Assembly: GCA_964463055.1 (NCBI GenBank)
Contig: CAYXAX010000004.1
Coordinates: 1-41,038 of the forward strand
Length of the DNA stretch: 41,038 nucleotides
Source: an uncultured Gammaproteobacteria bacterium
GTDB taxonomy: Bacteria; Pseudomonadota; Gammaproteobacteria; CAWJPQ01
Direction of reading: 5' to 3'
The position numbers and the translations under genes were made by a program. Each line of letters opens with the position of its first letter. Position 1 is the stretch's first letter. This document shows positions 17,949 to 27,732 of this stretch, piece by piece. Below the pieces are notes generated by a model. That model ran no database searches. It was not told the origin of the DNA and saw only the letters and a list, made by a program, of their open reading frames with translations.

Positions 17949-20888
17949 ATGCAATCTCTGAAACAATGGCGTTGGCAGCGCTGGACGGCGGTGGTGTTCC
18001 TCGTGCTGTATCTTCTGTACATCGCGCTGAGCTATCTGTACCTGCCTGGCAAGCTCAAGGAGGTGGTCCAGACCGATGTGGCGCAGCTGTTGGGTCGGGG
18101 CATACAGGTGCAACGCATCGCTTTCAATCCGTTTACGCTTTCGTTGACGGTGGAGCAGTTCGCGCTGACGGATCGTCCCGAGCAGCCCCTGGTGGCGTGG
18201 AACAAGTTGTTCGTGAATTTCGATGCCTGGGGTTCGCTGTTCGGCTGGAAGATCCGCTTCAGCAAGGTGGTACTGGACACGCCGCGCATCGCCATTGAGC
18301 GGCGTAAGAAAGATTTCAATTTCAGCAATATAGTAAGCCGCTTTGCCGGCGGTGAGACACCGCAGCCAAAACGCAAAGCGGCATTGGCACTGCAGATCGA
18401 CGACATCCGGGTTGTGACCGGTCTGTTCACGTTTGATGACATCAGCGGCGCCAGGCCCGCTCATTCCAGCATGGATGATATCACCGTGGAGGTGAAGAAC
18501 CTCTATCTGGCCACCGGCGATAACAAACTCAATCCCATCAGCCTGCAGGCGGCCATGCCCAGCGGCGGCCAATTGAGTCTGAAGGGAGATTATCGCGCCG
18601 ATCCCCTGAAGGTCGATGTTGATGTCCAGGCCAGTGATATCCATCTGGAGACACTGAAGGACTTTGTTTCCAACCAGGTGCCGGTGCTGCTCAACAACGG
18701 TCGCCTGTCGCTGCAGGCCAATATCAGCCTTGAAATGGCCAAGGAACTGCAGATGCTGGTAAAGCACAGCGAGCTGAGCGTGACGGATCTGGCGCTGGAC
18801 GACGGCACCTTGGCCCCGCCGCTGCTGCGCGGAAAAGAACTACAATTGCAGGGCATCGAAATGAATCTGGCGAAACGGCGCTTTCGCATCGAGAGTATTA
18901 GCCTGGATGGCTTCAGCACGGACCAGTGGCTGGATGCGGAAGGCCGGCCACGCATCCAGCCGCTGCTTGTGCAACGCAAAAGCGAAGCCGCGGGCACGGC
19001 GATGCCCGCCGCCGGCGCCGATACAAACCCGTGGGACTTTTCCATCGGCAAGTTGTCGCTCCAGCACGCCAGGATCGGGTTTACCGATCGTCGTCACGGC
19101 CTGAATGCCCACCAGGAGATTCACGATCTGAATGTCAGCCTCAGGGACATCCGTCTCGATAAGGGCGCTAAGGTGCCGCTGCAGCTGAGCGCCAAACTTA
19201 ATGATGCAGGTAACCTGAAGGTCGATGGCCGCATGATCCCGGCGCCCTTCAGTCTGGCACTGAATTACCAATTGCAGGCGCTGGCACTGTCCCCATTCAA
19301 CCCCTATGTGGAACAGCTGAGCTGGCTGCATTTGCAGCGGGGTAGCCTGAATGCGGACGGCAATGTGAGTATGGGAGGTGATGATGCTCTGACGCTTGGT
19401 TTGAACGCGGACGTGAACGATCTGGATGCGCTGGATGCCCGTACCGGGAAGCCCGTATTGCAATGGAAAGATCTGCGGCTGGATCAGTTGCAGCTGAGCC
19501 TGGCGAATCGCAACGCGTCTATCGGTACCGTGACATTGAATGCGCCGGATCTTGCGCTGGAGGTTGATGCCAGCAAGCATCTTAATCTGGCTACCCTTAT
19601 GAAAGCCGGAGCCAATGCGGGCGCGCAGACAACCGCATCGGCTGCCCCGGCAACCGATGCCGCTGAAAATTTGAAGACGGCACAACCCTGGCGGATCGCC
19701 GTCGATCTGGTCAGGTTGCAGCATGGCACTGTGCGGTTCCGCGATGCCAGCATCAAGCCGATCTTCAAAACCGGACTCTATGCTTTGGATCTGAAATTGG
19801 ACCGGCTCACCAGTGCGGGGAGCAAGCCGGCCACGTTCACGCTGACTTCCAAAGTGGATAAATACGCCCCCTTCAATGTGAAAGGCACGCTGGCGCCGCT
19901 GCAGCAGCAGCCGGGGTTTTCCTTTATCAGTCATTTGCGTGGTCTGGAAATGCCGGCATTGTCACCCTATACCGGTACCTATATTGGCTACAATCTGAGA
20001 AGCGGTCAGCTTACGCTTGACCTGAAATACGAATCAAAACGGCACAAGCTAAACGGGAAAAACACCATCGTCGCCAAGCAGCTGTACCTGGGTGACGAAG
20101 TGCCCAGTAAACAGGCGCTGAATGTCCCGGTACGGCTCGGACTGGCGTTGCTGCGTGATGCAAGCGGCGTAATCGATCTGAATGTCGGTGTGTCCGGCGA
20201 TGTCAATGAACCTGGATTCAGCGTGTCGGGTATTGTGCTGAAGGCACTGGTGAATATCATCGTCAAGGCCGCCGCTTCCCCGTTCCAGCTGCTCGCGTCG
20301 CTGGTGGGTAGTTCGGAGGATCTTGGCTCGATTGAATTCGCCGCCGGTGACAGTGATTTGAGTGCCGACGGCCAGGCCAGATTGCAGAAGCTGGCGAAGG
20401 CGTTATCGCAGCGACCACAACTGTCCGTGACCGTTCACGGCAATGCCGCCCAAGACGGTGACGTCCCCGTAATGCAGCGGCAACGGGTGCTGGAGCAGAT
20501 TGCCGCGCAACGAAAAATTCCGCTTACGGCGTTGTCGTCAACCGCACTGCTGGACGACAAGGCCAATCGCCGCGCGTTGGAAGACCTCAATCACGCGCTG
20601 GAACTGCCGGATGAGGGCCAGCGAGAAGAGGCATTGAAAAAAGCTGATCCCCAGTTGCAAGGGGATGCGCTGATGCGGCAGGCATATCAGCACATGCTCA
20701 CGGACGTGACGGCCAAGCAACAGGTTACTCGGCAGGATCTGCTGGATCTGGCGGACAGGCGCGCATTGGCGATTAAACAATACCTGGTGGAATCTGCGGG
20801 GCTGGATAGCGTCCATGTGCGGTTACAGAAAACCAGCAGCCAGGATCTGAAAGGCCGGGTATGTGAACTGGGTGTGGAGGCGGAGTAA
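17949..20888 (+). CDS. DUF748 domain protein (AsmA-like repeats, C-terminal OmpA-like region)
   Basis: N-terminal TM, FNPFTLSLTV, repeated beta units (PWDFSIGKLSLQHARIGFTD / PWRIAVDLVRLQHGTVRFRD), ALLRDASGVIDL, LADRRALAIKQYL. Confidence 0.85.
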   Translation: MQSLKQWRWQRWTAVVFLVLYLLYIALSYLYLPGKLKEVVQTDVAQLLGRGIQVQRIAFNPFTLSLTVEQFALTDRPEQPLVAWNKLFVNFDAWGSLFGWKIRFSKVVLDTPRIAIERRKKDFNFSNIVSRFAGGETPQPKRKAALALQIDDIRVVTGLFTFDDISGARPAHSSMDDITVEVKNLYLATGDNKLNPISLQAAMPSGGQLSLKGDYRADPLKVDVDVQASDIHLETLKDFVSNQVPVLLNNGRLSLQANISLEMAKELQMLVKHSELSVTDLALDDGTLAPPLLRGKELQLQGIEMNLAKRRFRIESISLDGFSTDQWLDAEGRPRIQPLLVQRKSEAAGTAMPAAGADTNPWDFSIGKLSLQHARIGFTDRRHGLNAHQEIHDLNVSLRDIRLDKGAKVPLQLSAKLNDAGNLKVDGRMIPAPFSLALNYQLQALALSPFNPYVEQLSWLHLQRGSLNADGNVSMGGDDALTLGLNADVNDLDALDARTGKPVLQWKDLRLDQLQLSLANRNASIGTVTLNAPDLALEVDASKHLNLATLMKAGANAGAQTTASAAPATDAAENLKTAQPWRIAVDLVRLQHGTVRFRDASIKPIFKTGLYALDLKLDRLTSAGSKPATFTLTSKVDKYAPFNVKGTLAPLQQQPGFSFISHLRGLEMPALSPYTGTYIGYNLRSGQLTLDLKYESKRHKLNGKNTIVAKQLYLGDEVPSKQALNVPVRLGLALLRDASGVIDLNVGVSGDVNEPGFSVSGIVLKALVNIIVKAAASPFQLLASLVGSSEDLGSIEFAAGDSDLSADGQARLQKLAKALSQRPQLSVTVHGNAAQDGDVPVMQRQRVLEQIAAQRKIPLTALSSTALLDDKANRRALEDLNHALELPDEGQREEALKKADPQLQGDALMRQAYQHMLTDVTAKQQVTRQDLLDLADRRALAIKQYLVESAGLDSVHVRLQKTSSQDLKGRVCELGVEAE

Positions 20889-20923
20889 TGTTCCGTAGAG
20901 TGATTCAGTGCTCCCCACAAACT

Positions 20924-20972
20924 GGGTCAGATCGCAGTTTCCACAATATCAGCAATAATCGTGATCTGACCC
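20924..20972. repeat. Inverted repeat GGGTCAGATC(G/A)C between convergent genes
   Basis: GGGTCAGATCGC (20924-20935) and GTGATCTGACCC (20961-20972), 11/12 complementary with a 25 nt spacer; could also act as a bidirectional terminator. Confidence 0.65.
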
Positions 20973-20983
20973 TGATTGGATGA

Positions 20984-21880
20984 TCAGGCCCGGCAATAAC
21001 TGGGAACCCAGGTCCGGTCCATAAGTTCATCCGGTATCGTGCTGAAGTCGAAGGCTTTACCCTCTGCGATCATGCGATCGGTATCAAACAGCAGGCCGAT
21101 CTCCGGGATATCGCGGTAAAACATACGAAACAACGGCGTCAGGATCCATTGCGATACTTTGATGCCAAGGGGGCCAAGGAAATTCCTGCGCTGACCGATA
21201 TGCGCTAATTCATCCACCATGATTTCATGCAGCAGCGCGCGACAGCGATCCCGGGCTTCCGGTTCATCGGCCAGCACGTCGTCGAAGAGTCGATCCAGGT
21301 GTTGGTAAAACGTGATGCCCATGAGCTCGGTAACAAAAGCGGGCGGCGACATCACGGTTTCCGGCAGCTTGGGAAAAAACCGGTAGACCGCGCTGGCGGC
21401 CGGGCCCAGCGGAATCCACTCGACTTTATCCAGGTGGAAAGTCCTCAGCATTTCCTCAAACAGACGCTTGTGACAGAACTCCTCGGCGAGGTGTACGCGG
21501 CTGATTTTATCGGTAATCGTTTTTGACTCGGCAAGCGAGGGGACGGCGTCCCAGGCGCCGGAGATGCCCACCCATTCGTGACGGGCGAACTTGTAGATGC
21601 AGGTGAGCAACAGTGTTTTTCTGTCCAGCGTGGCCGGATCGTCTGTCAATTTAACGTAGTTTCGGTAAAACACATCTGGATCGGCCAGCGGCTTACGTGC
21701 GCGAACTGGATTGTCCTGATATTTTTTGAGTATGCGCATTTTGTTTTCGAGGTTCTTTTCCTCTTCGAACAGCATGCCGCTGTGCTTTTGAGAAAACTCC
21801 CAGTAGCTGACGAAATTTCGAGTGCGCTCTTCGGCGGTGCTTGGCGCGAAAATGGATAAATACTTTTGACTGTCGCTCAT
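20984..21880 (-). CDS. Ferritin-like (diiron-carboxylate) domain protein
   Basis: E...EEFCH...E...DELAH ligand pattern (RHEW, AEEFCHK, TELMG, VDELAHI). Confidence 0.7.
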   Translation of the reverse strand: MSDSQKYLSIFAPSTAEERTRNFVSYWEFSQKHSGMLFEEEKNLENKMRILKKYQDNPVRARKPLADPDVFYRNYVKLTDDPATLDRKTLLLTCIYKFARHEWVGISGAWDAVPSLAESKTITDKISRVHLAEEFCHKRLFEEMLRTFHLDKVEWIPLGPAASAVYRFFPKLPETVMSPPAFVTELMGITFYQHLDRLFDDVLADEPEARDRCRALLHEIMVDELAHIGQRRNFLGPLGIKVSQWILTPLFRMFYRDIPEIGLLFDTDRMIAEGKAFDFSTIPDELMDRTWVPSYCRA

Positions 21881-22416
21881 CGGATGCGAGTCCCCTTATT
21901 TTTCATGATGGGTTGAACCGGTTAAGTTGTTATTGCTTGCCGCGTAATGGAATGTAGCATTTGTACCGAAAAACGCATCGTCAAATAATACCATGTGTCC
22001 GTGTGCGGCAGGTCTAACATCCGGTGATTTCCGGGGCTGAGATAGTCAGCCGGATATTTCACATGATCGGGATCATATCGCAATTTTTGTGAATATTAGA
22101 AAAACCCGTGATTTTATCCCGATAGGCTGATTCGGTGTGCCAGGCAATAACCATCAGCACCAGGCCGCTGCAAAAAAAATTGTAAATGAATCAAAGTCCT
22201 GTCGCTGATCCAGCGGTGCTGAGATTGCGCAAAGTCGACAAAATGTCTGAACCCAATTGGGAAAAATTCTGTCATAAAGGGCGCGGGGTAAGGAAAGGCT
22301 TTCGTCATGGCGTGACGCATGGCCTGTGCCTTCCGGCTTATGACCATCGGGTGTCCGAAGCGGCGCTAACGCCGTTTGTGGCGCTATAAATAGAATGCCA
22401 GTCGAGGAGCGCTGCC

Positions 22417-22998
22417 ATGCAATGGTTGACCCATTTGTATTTCCGGCTTGAACCCGTACTCATCGCCTCGGTACCGGGGCTTGTTTTGCTGTGCTGCGGG
22501 GCGGTGGTGAACATGGTACTCAGCCGGTTGGTGCTGCGTGCTTTGCATCGCAGTGATCTGCCCCTTTCGATTGATACCAAACTGCTTATCCAGCGCGGCA
22601 CCGCATGGTTCCTGTGGCTGATGCTGATCTTGCTGGTGCTTCATGCCTGGGGCGTCAAGGTGGACGGTATCTGGACCATGCTTGCCAGTGCACTGGCTGT
22701 GATCGGTGTAGGCCTGTTGGCGGTGTGGACCATGGCCAGCAATATAACCGCCAGCCTGTTCATCTGGATATGGCGGCCCTATAACCTGGGACAGCATATC
22801 GAGATTCTGCCCGACGGCCTCAAGGGCCGCGCGGTGGACCGCAGTTTGATGTTTACAGAGATCGAGGAGGAAGACGGCTCCATTCTGATGGTGCCGAACA
22901 ATTTGATTTTTCAGCGCATCATCCGGCGCGCTCCCGACGGCAGGAAATCGGTGGTGGACGATCTGGAATGCGCAAAGAGCCCGCGGGTGGATGAATGA
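22417..22998 (+). CDS. Small MscS-family mechanosensitive channel protein
   Basis: Three TM helices, SNITAS, RPYNLGQHIEI, GSILMVPNN; GAGGAG RBS. Confidence 0.8.
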   Translation: MQWLTHLYFRLEPVLIASVPGLVLLCCGAVVNMVLSRLVLRALHRSDLPLSIDTKLLIQRGTAWFLWLMLILLVLHAWGVKVDGIWTMLASALAVIGVGLLAVWTMASNITASLFIWIWRPYNLGQHIEILPDGLKGRAVDRSLMFTEIEEEDGSILMVPNNLIFQRIIRRAPDGRKSVVDDLECAKSPRVDE

Positions 22999-23406
22999 AC
23001 CCGCGATGTCCGCGGGCAGATTCAAACATAACGAGGCAGAGTTGGTTTTCCTCTCTGTATCACTGGGGCGCAATCAAATCACATGGTGGAAAATCCGGCC
23101 CTCACCGGTATGGGCAAACGGCGCCACCACCAGGGCGGTTGTTAATACCGATTCCACTGATCAGGGGCCAGAGAATCTGAGCCTGCACCCTGCAGGTCAC
23201 TTTCTATATTCCATAAGGCCATGGCGGTAGTTAATTAGCGTGGATGGAGCGCTGGTAAATTTGGGAATCCGGGAGACGCTATTCATGATGCCTGGTCCAG
23301 TATGGATGGTGCTCCCGGGGTTCCGTGCCTGGCAAAGAGGCGTCAGCCACAAATTTTTATGGGAATAATCTGAAGTATAAACAAGGGCTCTCCGTCACCT
23401 GTCTTG

Positions 23407-23820
23407 TCACCCGGCTTTAACTTCTCTGCCGACGCTGAGGGGGCCGCTGCCGTACACCACTACATAGAGCAAGCCGCCCATCATGGAGATATTTTTCATG
23501 AAATGGATCATCTGATTCTGTGCCTGATCGGGTGATACCGCCCAGAAATCATGGAAGATCACCGCGGTCATGGCGGTAAACACCAGCATCGCCGCCGCGG
23601 CCCAGCGCGCCTTCCAGCCGGATACCAGCAGGATACCGCCGCCCAGCTCGACGGCAATCGCGGCAATCGCCGCCAACTCCGGCAGCGGCAGGCCCTTGCT
23701 GGCAATGTATGCCACCGTCCCGCTGAAGCCGGTGACCTTGCCGATACCGGCGACAATAAAGATGATGGCGATCAGGATTCGCCCGGTCAGCGGGCCGTAA
23801 CGGTTCAAGGTGTTTTCCAT
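23407..23820 (-). CDS. DoxX family membrane protein
   Basis: GRILIAIIF..AG..K, ELGGGILL..G, H.FW, FMKNISMMGGLL; AAGGAG RBS before ATG 23820. Confidence 0.9.
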   Translation of the reverse strand: MENTLNRYGPLTGRILIAIIFIVAGIGKVTGFSGTVAYIASKGLPLPELAAIAAIAVELGGGILLVSGWKARWAAAAMLVFTAMTAVIFHDFWAVSPDQAQNQMIHFMKNISMMGGLLYVVVYGSGPLSVGREVKAG

Positions 23821-23875
23821 GGTTATTCTCCTTATGTGATTGATGAGTGATAATCTGCCGCCTGCCGCGCCGGTC

Positions 23876-24748
23876 TCATGCCCGCCTGGCAATCCGCCCC
23901 ATGCGCCCGCTGTTGTAGTCAGCCATGGCCTGCTGGATCTCTTTCTGCGTGTTCATGACAAAGGGGCCGTAGCCGATCACCGGTTCGTCAATGGGCTCGC
24001 CGTTCAGCAACAGCAAAGTGACGTCCTGCAACGCATCGACGGCCAACACACCGCCAGCGCGCTCCAGCACCGCCAGTTGCGCCTCGCCCACCCGCTTACC
24101 GTCGTCCAACGCCACCTGTCCGCGCAGCACGAACAGTCCGGTGGTGTGGTCGGTGGGTACCTCAAACTCGGTGTGTGTTCCTGCGGCCAAGCGCACGTCC
24201 CAGATATTCATCGGGGTAAACGTCCGTGCCGGTCCGGCGTGACCGTTGTAATTCCCTGCGATGACGCGCACCGTGCCGGCGCCGCCGTGGATGTCGACAC
24301 GCGGGATCTGCATGGTGGTGATGGCCTGGTATCCGGGCGCCGCCATTTTGTCCTTGGCGGGCAGGTTCACCCATAACTGAATCACCTCAAAGCGGCCGCC
24401 GTTCTTCGCGAACTCGGGACCGTGGAATTCCTCATGAACAATGCCGCCGCCCGCCGTCATCCATTGCACGTCGCCGGGACCGATGATGCCGCCGCCTCCG
24501 GAAGAATCGCGGTGTTCCACTTCGCCGGAATAGACGATGGTAACGGTCTCGAAGCCGCGGTGCGGATGCTCGCCCACGCCGCGCCGCTGGTTGGTGGGCC
24601 GGAAGTCAGCCGGACCGGCATAGTCCAGGAGCAGAAACGGCGACAGCTCGCTGCTTCTGTCATTGTAGGTAAAGATGCTGCGCACCGGAAAGCCGTCGCC
24701 CACCCAGTGACCGGTGTCCTGACTTTGGATAAATGATAGTTTCTTCAT
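23876..24748 (-). CDS. Pirin family protein
   Basis: PFLLLDY, HPHRGFETVT, VQWMTAGGGIVHEE, QLWVNLP, GPFVMNT. Confidence 0.95.
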   Translation of the reverse strand: MKKLSFIQSQDTGHWVGDGFPVRSIFTYNDRSSELSPFLLLDYAGPADFRPTNQRRGVGEHPHRGFETVTIVYSGEVEHRDSSGGGGIIGPGDVQWMTAGGGIVHEEFHGPEFAKNGGRFEVIQLWVNLPAKDKMAAPGYQAITTMQIPRVDIHGGAGTVRVIAGNYNGHAGPARTFTPMNIWDVRLAAGTHTEFEVPTDHTTGLFVLRGQVALDDGKRVGEAQLAVLERAGGVLAVDALQDVTLLLLNGEPIDEPVIGYGPFVMNTQKEIQQAMADYNSGRMGRIARRA

Positions 24749-24791
24749 GTTGTGGTCTCCTCGGGTCGTCCACTTCGGGACGTGAAAGCCA

Positions 24792-25406
24792 TTACGCCGC
24801 CTTCAACAAGCGATGGACCTGGCACTGTGCCGCGGCGATCGCCCGTTCGCGCTGCTCCGTTATGTTTACCCCCTCGGCGCGGATGACATCGACATCGGTG
24901 ATGCCCATGAAGCCCAGCGCCGCCTTCAGGTAAGACTCCTGATGGTCCATGACCTGGGTGGGTGATTCTTGGGAATAGATACCCCCGCGCGACGATACGA
25001 TCACCACCTGTTTGCCGCCGGCCAGGCCCACCGGTCCAGTCTCTGTGTATTTGAAGGTGCGCCCCGCCACCATTACCCGGTCCAGCCACGCCTTGAGCTG
25101 CGACGGAACGGAGAAGTTGTACATCGGGGCCCCGATGACCACTGCGTCGGCCGCCAGGAATTCCGTCAACAGGGCTTCGCTAAACGCCAGTTCCTCACGC
25201 TGCCGGGCGTTGCACCGCGACGGTTCCACGGAAACCGCGCTCAAAATGTCGGCGGATAAATGAGCGGGCGCCCGTGCGGCGAGGTCGCGATAGATCACTT
25301 CCAGTTCCGGATTGGCCTGCCGCCACTGCTCGACCACGGCCCCGGTCAGTTGGCGGGATACGGAGTTGTCACTCAGTATGCTGGAATCGATTTGCAGTAA
25401 TTTCAT
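24792..25406 (-). CDS. azoR: FMN-dependent NADH-azoreductase
   Basis: LLQIDSS...SVSRQL, APMYNFSVPSQLKAWLD, AGRTFKYTETGPVGL, SRGGIY. Confidence 0.93.
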   Translation of the reverse strand: MKLLQIDSSILSDNSVSRQLTGAVVEQWRQANPELEVIYRDLAARAPAHLSADILSAVSVEPSRCNARQREELAFSEALLTEFLAADAVVIGAPMYNFSVPSQLKAWLDRVMVAGRTFKYTETGPVGLAGGKQVVIVSSRGGIYSQESPTQVMDHQESYLKAALGFMGITDVDVIRAEGVNITEQRERAIAAAQCQVHRLLKAA

Positions 25407-25536
25407 GGTCGTCCTCCTGTCTGTCGGGTTTCGCCTGCGGCGGATCTCTACCTGCTCTTTACAAGTGCCCTCGTGATGATTAATGTTATATCCGTATGTA
25501 ATAGATGATTAGTGCCAGAAAATAGGAATAACTTTC

Positions 25537-26511
25537 ATGCGTAAAGCAACAATAATCCCCGATTCCCGCGCCGTTGGCCGGCCAGCCCTGCAGGACCTCA
25601 ACGACTTGTATCTCTTTGCTTTGGTTGTCAAACAAGGGAGTTTTACCGGCGCCGGCAAGGCGGCGGGCCTGACCACCTCGCGCATCAGCCGGCGCATCGC
25701 CGGGCTCGAGGAACGCCTGGGGGCACGCCTGCTGCACCGTACGACGCGCAAACTGGCGCTGACGGACATTGGTGAAATGTATTACCAGCACTGCCAGGCC
25801 ATGGTGAGCGAGGCTGAGGCTGCGGCGGAGGTGGTGGAACAGATTCAGGCCAGTCCGCGCGGGCGGGTACGTGTCACCTGCCCGGTGCTGGCCGCCGAGT
25901 CGGTGCTGGGGTCGATCATCACAGACTTCATGCGCGCTTATCCCGAGGTGCGGATCTCGCTCACCGCGACGGACCGTTTCGTCGATCTCATCGATGAAGG
26001 CATTGACGTGGCGATACGCTTTCGTGCCGCACCCCTGGAAAATTCCAGCCTGGTCGCCAGAGCCCTGGGTGAAAGCCGCACCTACCTGGTGGCGAGTCCG
26101 GTGTTTCTCGACCTGCACGGCCGACCCACGCAGCCCGCCGATTTATCGCGCCTGGTGAGCCTCGGTAAGCGCCGCAATGACGCTGCTTATACCTGGCATT
26201 TGACCGGCGCGGACGGGCGCACAGACACCATACCTTTTCAGCCTGTGCTCGAGTCCGACGATTGGTTGGTGATAAAGCAGGCAGCACTGGCGGAACTGGG
26301 CGTGGCGGCGATACCGGATGAGTTGTGTCACCAGGAAATTGCGGCGGGTAAACTGGAAATCGTGCTGCCGTCATGGCGCCTGCCGAGCACCAACCTCCAT
26401 ATTATCTATACATCGAGACGCGGACTGATTCCGGCGGTGCGCGCCTTTATCGATTTCGCCGCGGAACGGCTGGCGGCGATTTGTCTGACTGAGGCGCAGC
26501 ATACAAAATGA
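25537..26511 (+). CDS. LysR family regulator divergent from azoR-pirin-doxX
   Basis: DLNDLYLF...GSFTGAG...SRRIAGLEERLGARLLHRTTR HTH; VDLIDEGIDVAIR substrate domain. Start approximate. Confidence 0.92.
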   Translation: MRKATIIPDSRAVGRPALQDLNDLYLFALVVKQGSFTGAGKAAGLTTSRISRRIAGLEERLGARLLHRTTRKLALTDIGEMYYQHCQAMVSEAEAAAEVVEQIQASPRGRVRVTCPVLAAESVLGSIITDFMRAYPEVRISLTATDRFVDLIDEGIDVAIRFRAAPLENSSLVARALGESRTYLVASPVFLDLHGRPTQPADLSRLVSLGKRRNDAAYTWHLTGADGRTDTIPFQPVLESDDWLVIKQAALAELGVAAIPDELCHQEIAAGKLEIVLPSWRLPSTNLHIIYTSRRGLIPAVRAFIDFAAERLAAICLTEAQHTK

Positions 26512-26553
26512 TAGACATCACTGGAAACTGACTCGGCTGATCCGCGCCCGCGG

Positions 26554-26865
26554 CTATTGCGGCGCCTTTTCGATATCCGCCACCGTCATGTCTTTAAGCA
26601 AGCGCCGACAATCCGTATTCCTGCTCAAGAGAATTCTGGTGACAAAGAGTGCCAAGCGTTTGAGGTAGATCAGACCAAAGACAAACAATACCGTAGTAAT
26701 GATCTCAAACCAGAGGATGGCGTTGTCACCCTGATCGATGAGCATGCCGTAAGTAAAGAAGTAGACGCACATGGCCAAGCCCATAACGGTGCCAGCGACG
26801 GTGACGATGCGGCCATATATTTTTTTGATTTTCTGCCGTGTGTTGGCGTCGTTTTCTTGTGTCAT
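26554..26865 (-). CDS. Hypothetical two-TM membrane protein
   Basis: 103 aa with two clear hydrophobic segments; GAGG upstream. Confidence 0.6.
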   Translation of the reverse strand: MTQENDANTRQKIKKIYGRIVTVAGTVMGLAMCVYFFTYGMLIDQGDNAILWFEIITTVLFVFGLIYLKRLALFVTRILLSRNTDCRRLLKDMTVADIEKAPQ

Positions 26866-27485
26866 GTGCCGAGCAGCCTCTGATATGAGGGCTCTATTCT
26901 AGCAGGATCCCGGCATTGTGTGGCGCAATAACTGACGGGTATCAAGATCAGCGGGAGGGGATTCGACGGATCTGGCGCCATGGCGAAAAAGTCCTTCCCA
27001 TGCAATGGACCACCTTTCACTCTGTGCACGGATGTGCAACGATGGCGCGACAATCCCAATTGGGCGTTCCCCGCCATCATCAGTGTTTCATTCGGACCGT
27101 AATAACCGCGATATCACCTTTTTCGATGGACAAAGCGATCTGCTATATTCAAAACGCCGGCTACCTGTTGTCGCAGAGTCAGCCGCGCGGTATATGCCCG
27201 GTGCAGCCGCAAGCTTCGCGTCCTGAAAACAGTAAATCGTTGGTATTTCATCGATACATCGCTGGCGCAGAATCCGGTTATATCAACGGCGTCACACGGT
27301 GGCGACAATGATGTGCGCCCGCACGCTTCAATCACCCCGGTCAATATTCCCTGTTTCCACTACGTCGGCCGCTATGTCAAGCCGGGCTTGCTGTGGGCCG
27401 GGATAATATTTGCGGTTGGTTCCCCTGGAAAAGCAGAGGTTGAGGTCCGAGACAGCCACCCATTGAGATGCCACAAAAAGTATTA

Positions 27486-27499
27486 TGTGATATATCACA
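27486..27499. promoter_or_regulatory. Perfect palindrome TGTGATATATCACA, candidate operator
   Basis: 14 bp perfect inverted repeat in an AT-rich tract ~230 bp upstream of the 27733 gene. Confidence 0.4.
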
Positions 27500-27732
27500 A
27501 TAAAATTGAGATAGTAATTTCAATATATTAACGGTGGTTGACGAATTAGCGCGCCAGACATAAGGGAAAAGTGTCGATCCGCATCCCGGCGTCTGGCGTT
27601 CAAGTTGCTTGATACTTGATTAAAATTTTCTTATATATGCCACTGTCTCGCTTTTCCAATTAATTCCGGTGACTGAAAAAGTGAGCATCAGCAATGATTG
27701 AGTAAATGAGATGATTCTCAAGGGGGGCGATA

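Noticed and set aside
17709-19934. Long antisense ORFs (352 aa and 364 aa) opposite DUF748, and similar shadows opposite other genes
   Set aside because: Typical antisense shadows of GC-biased coding sequence with no recognisable motifs.
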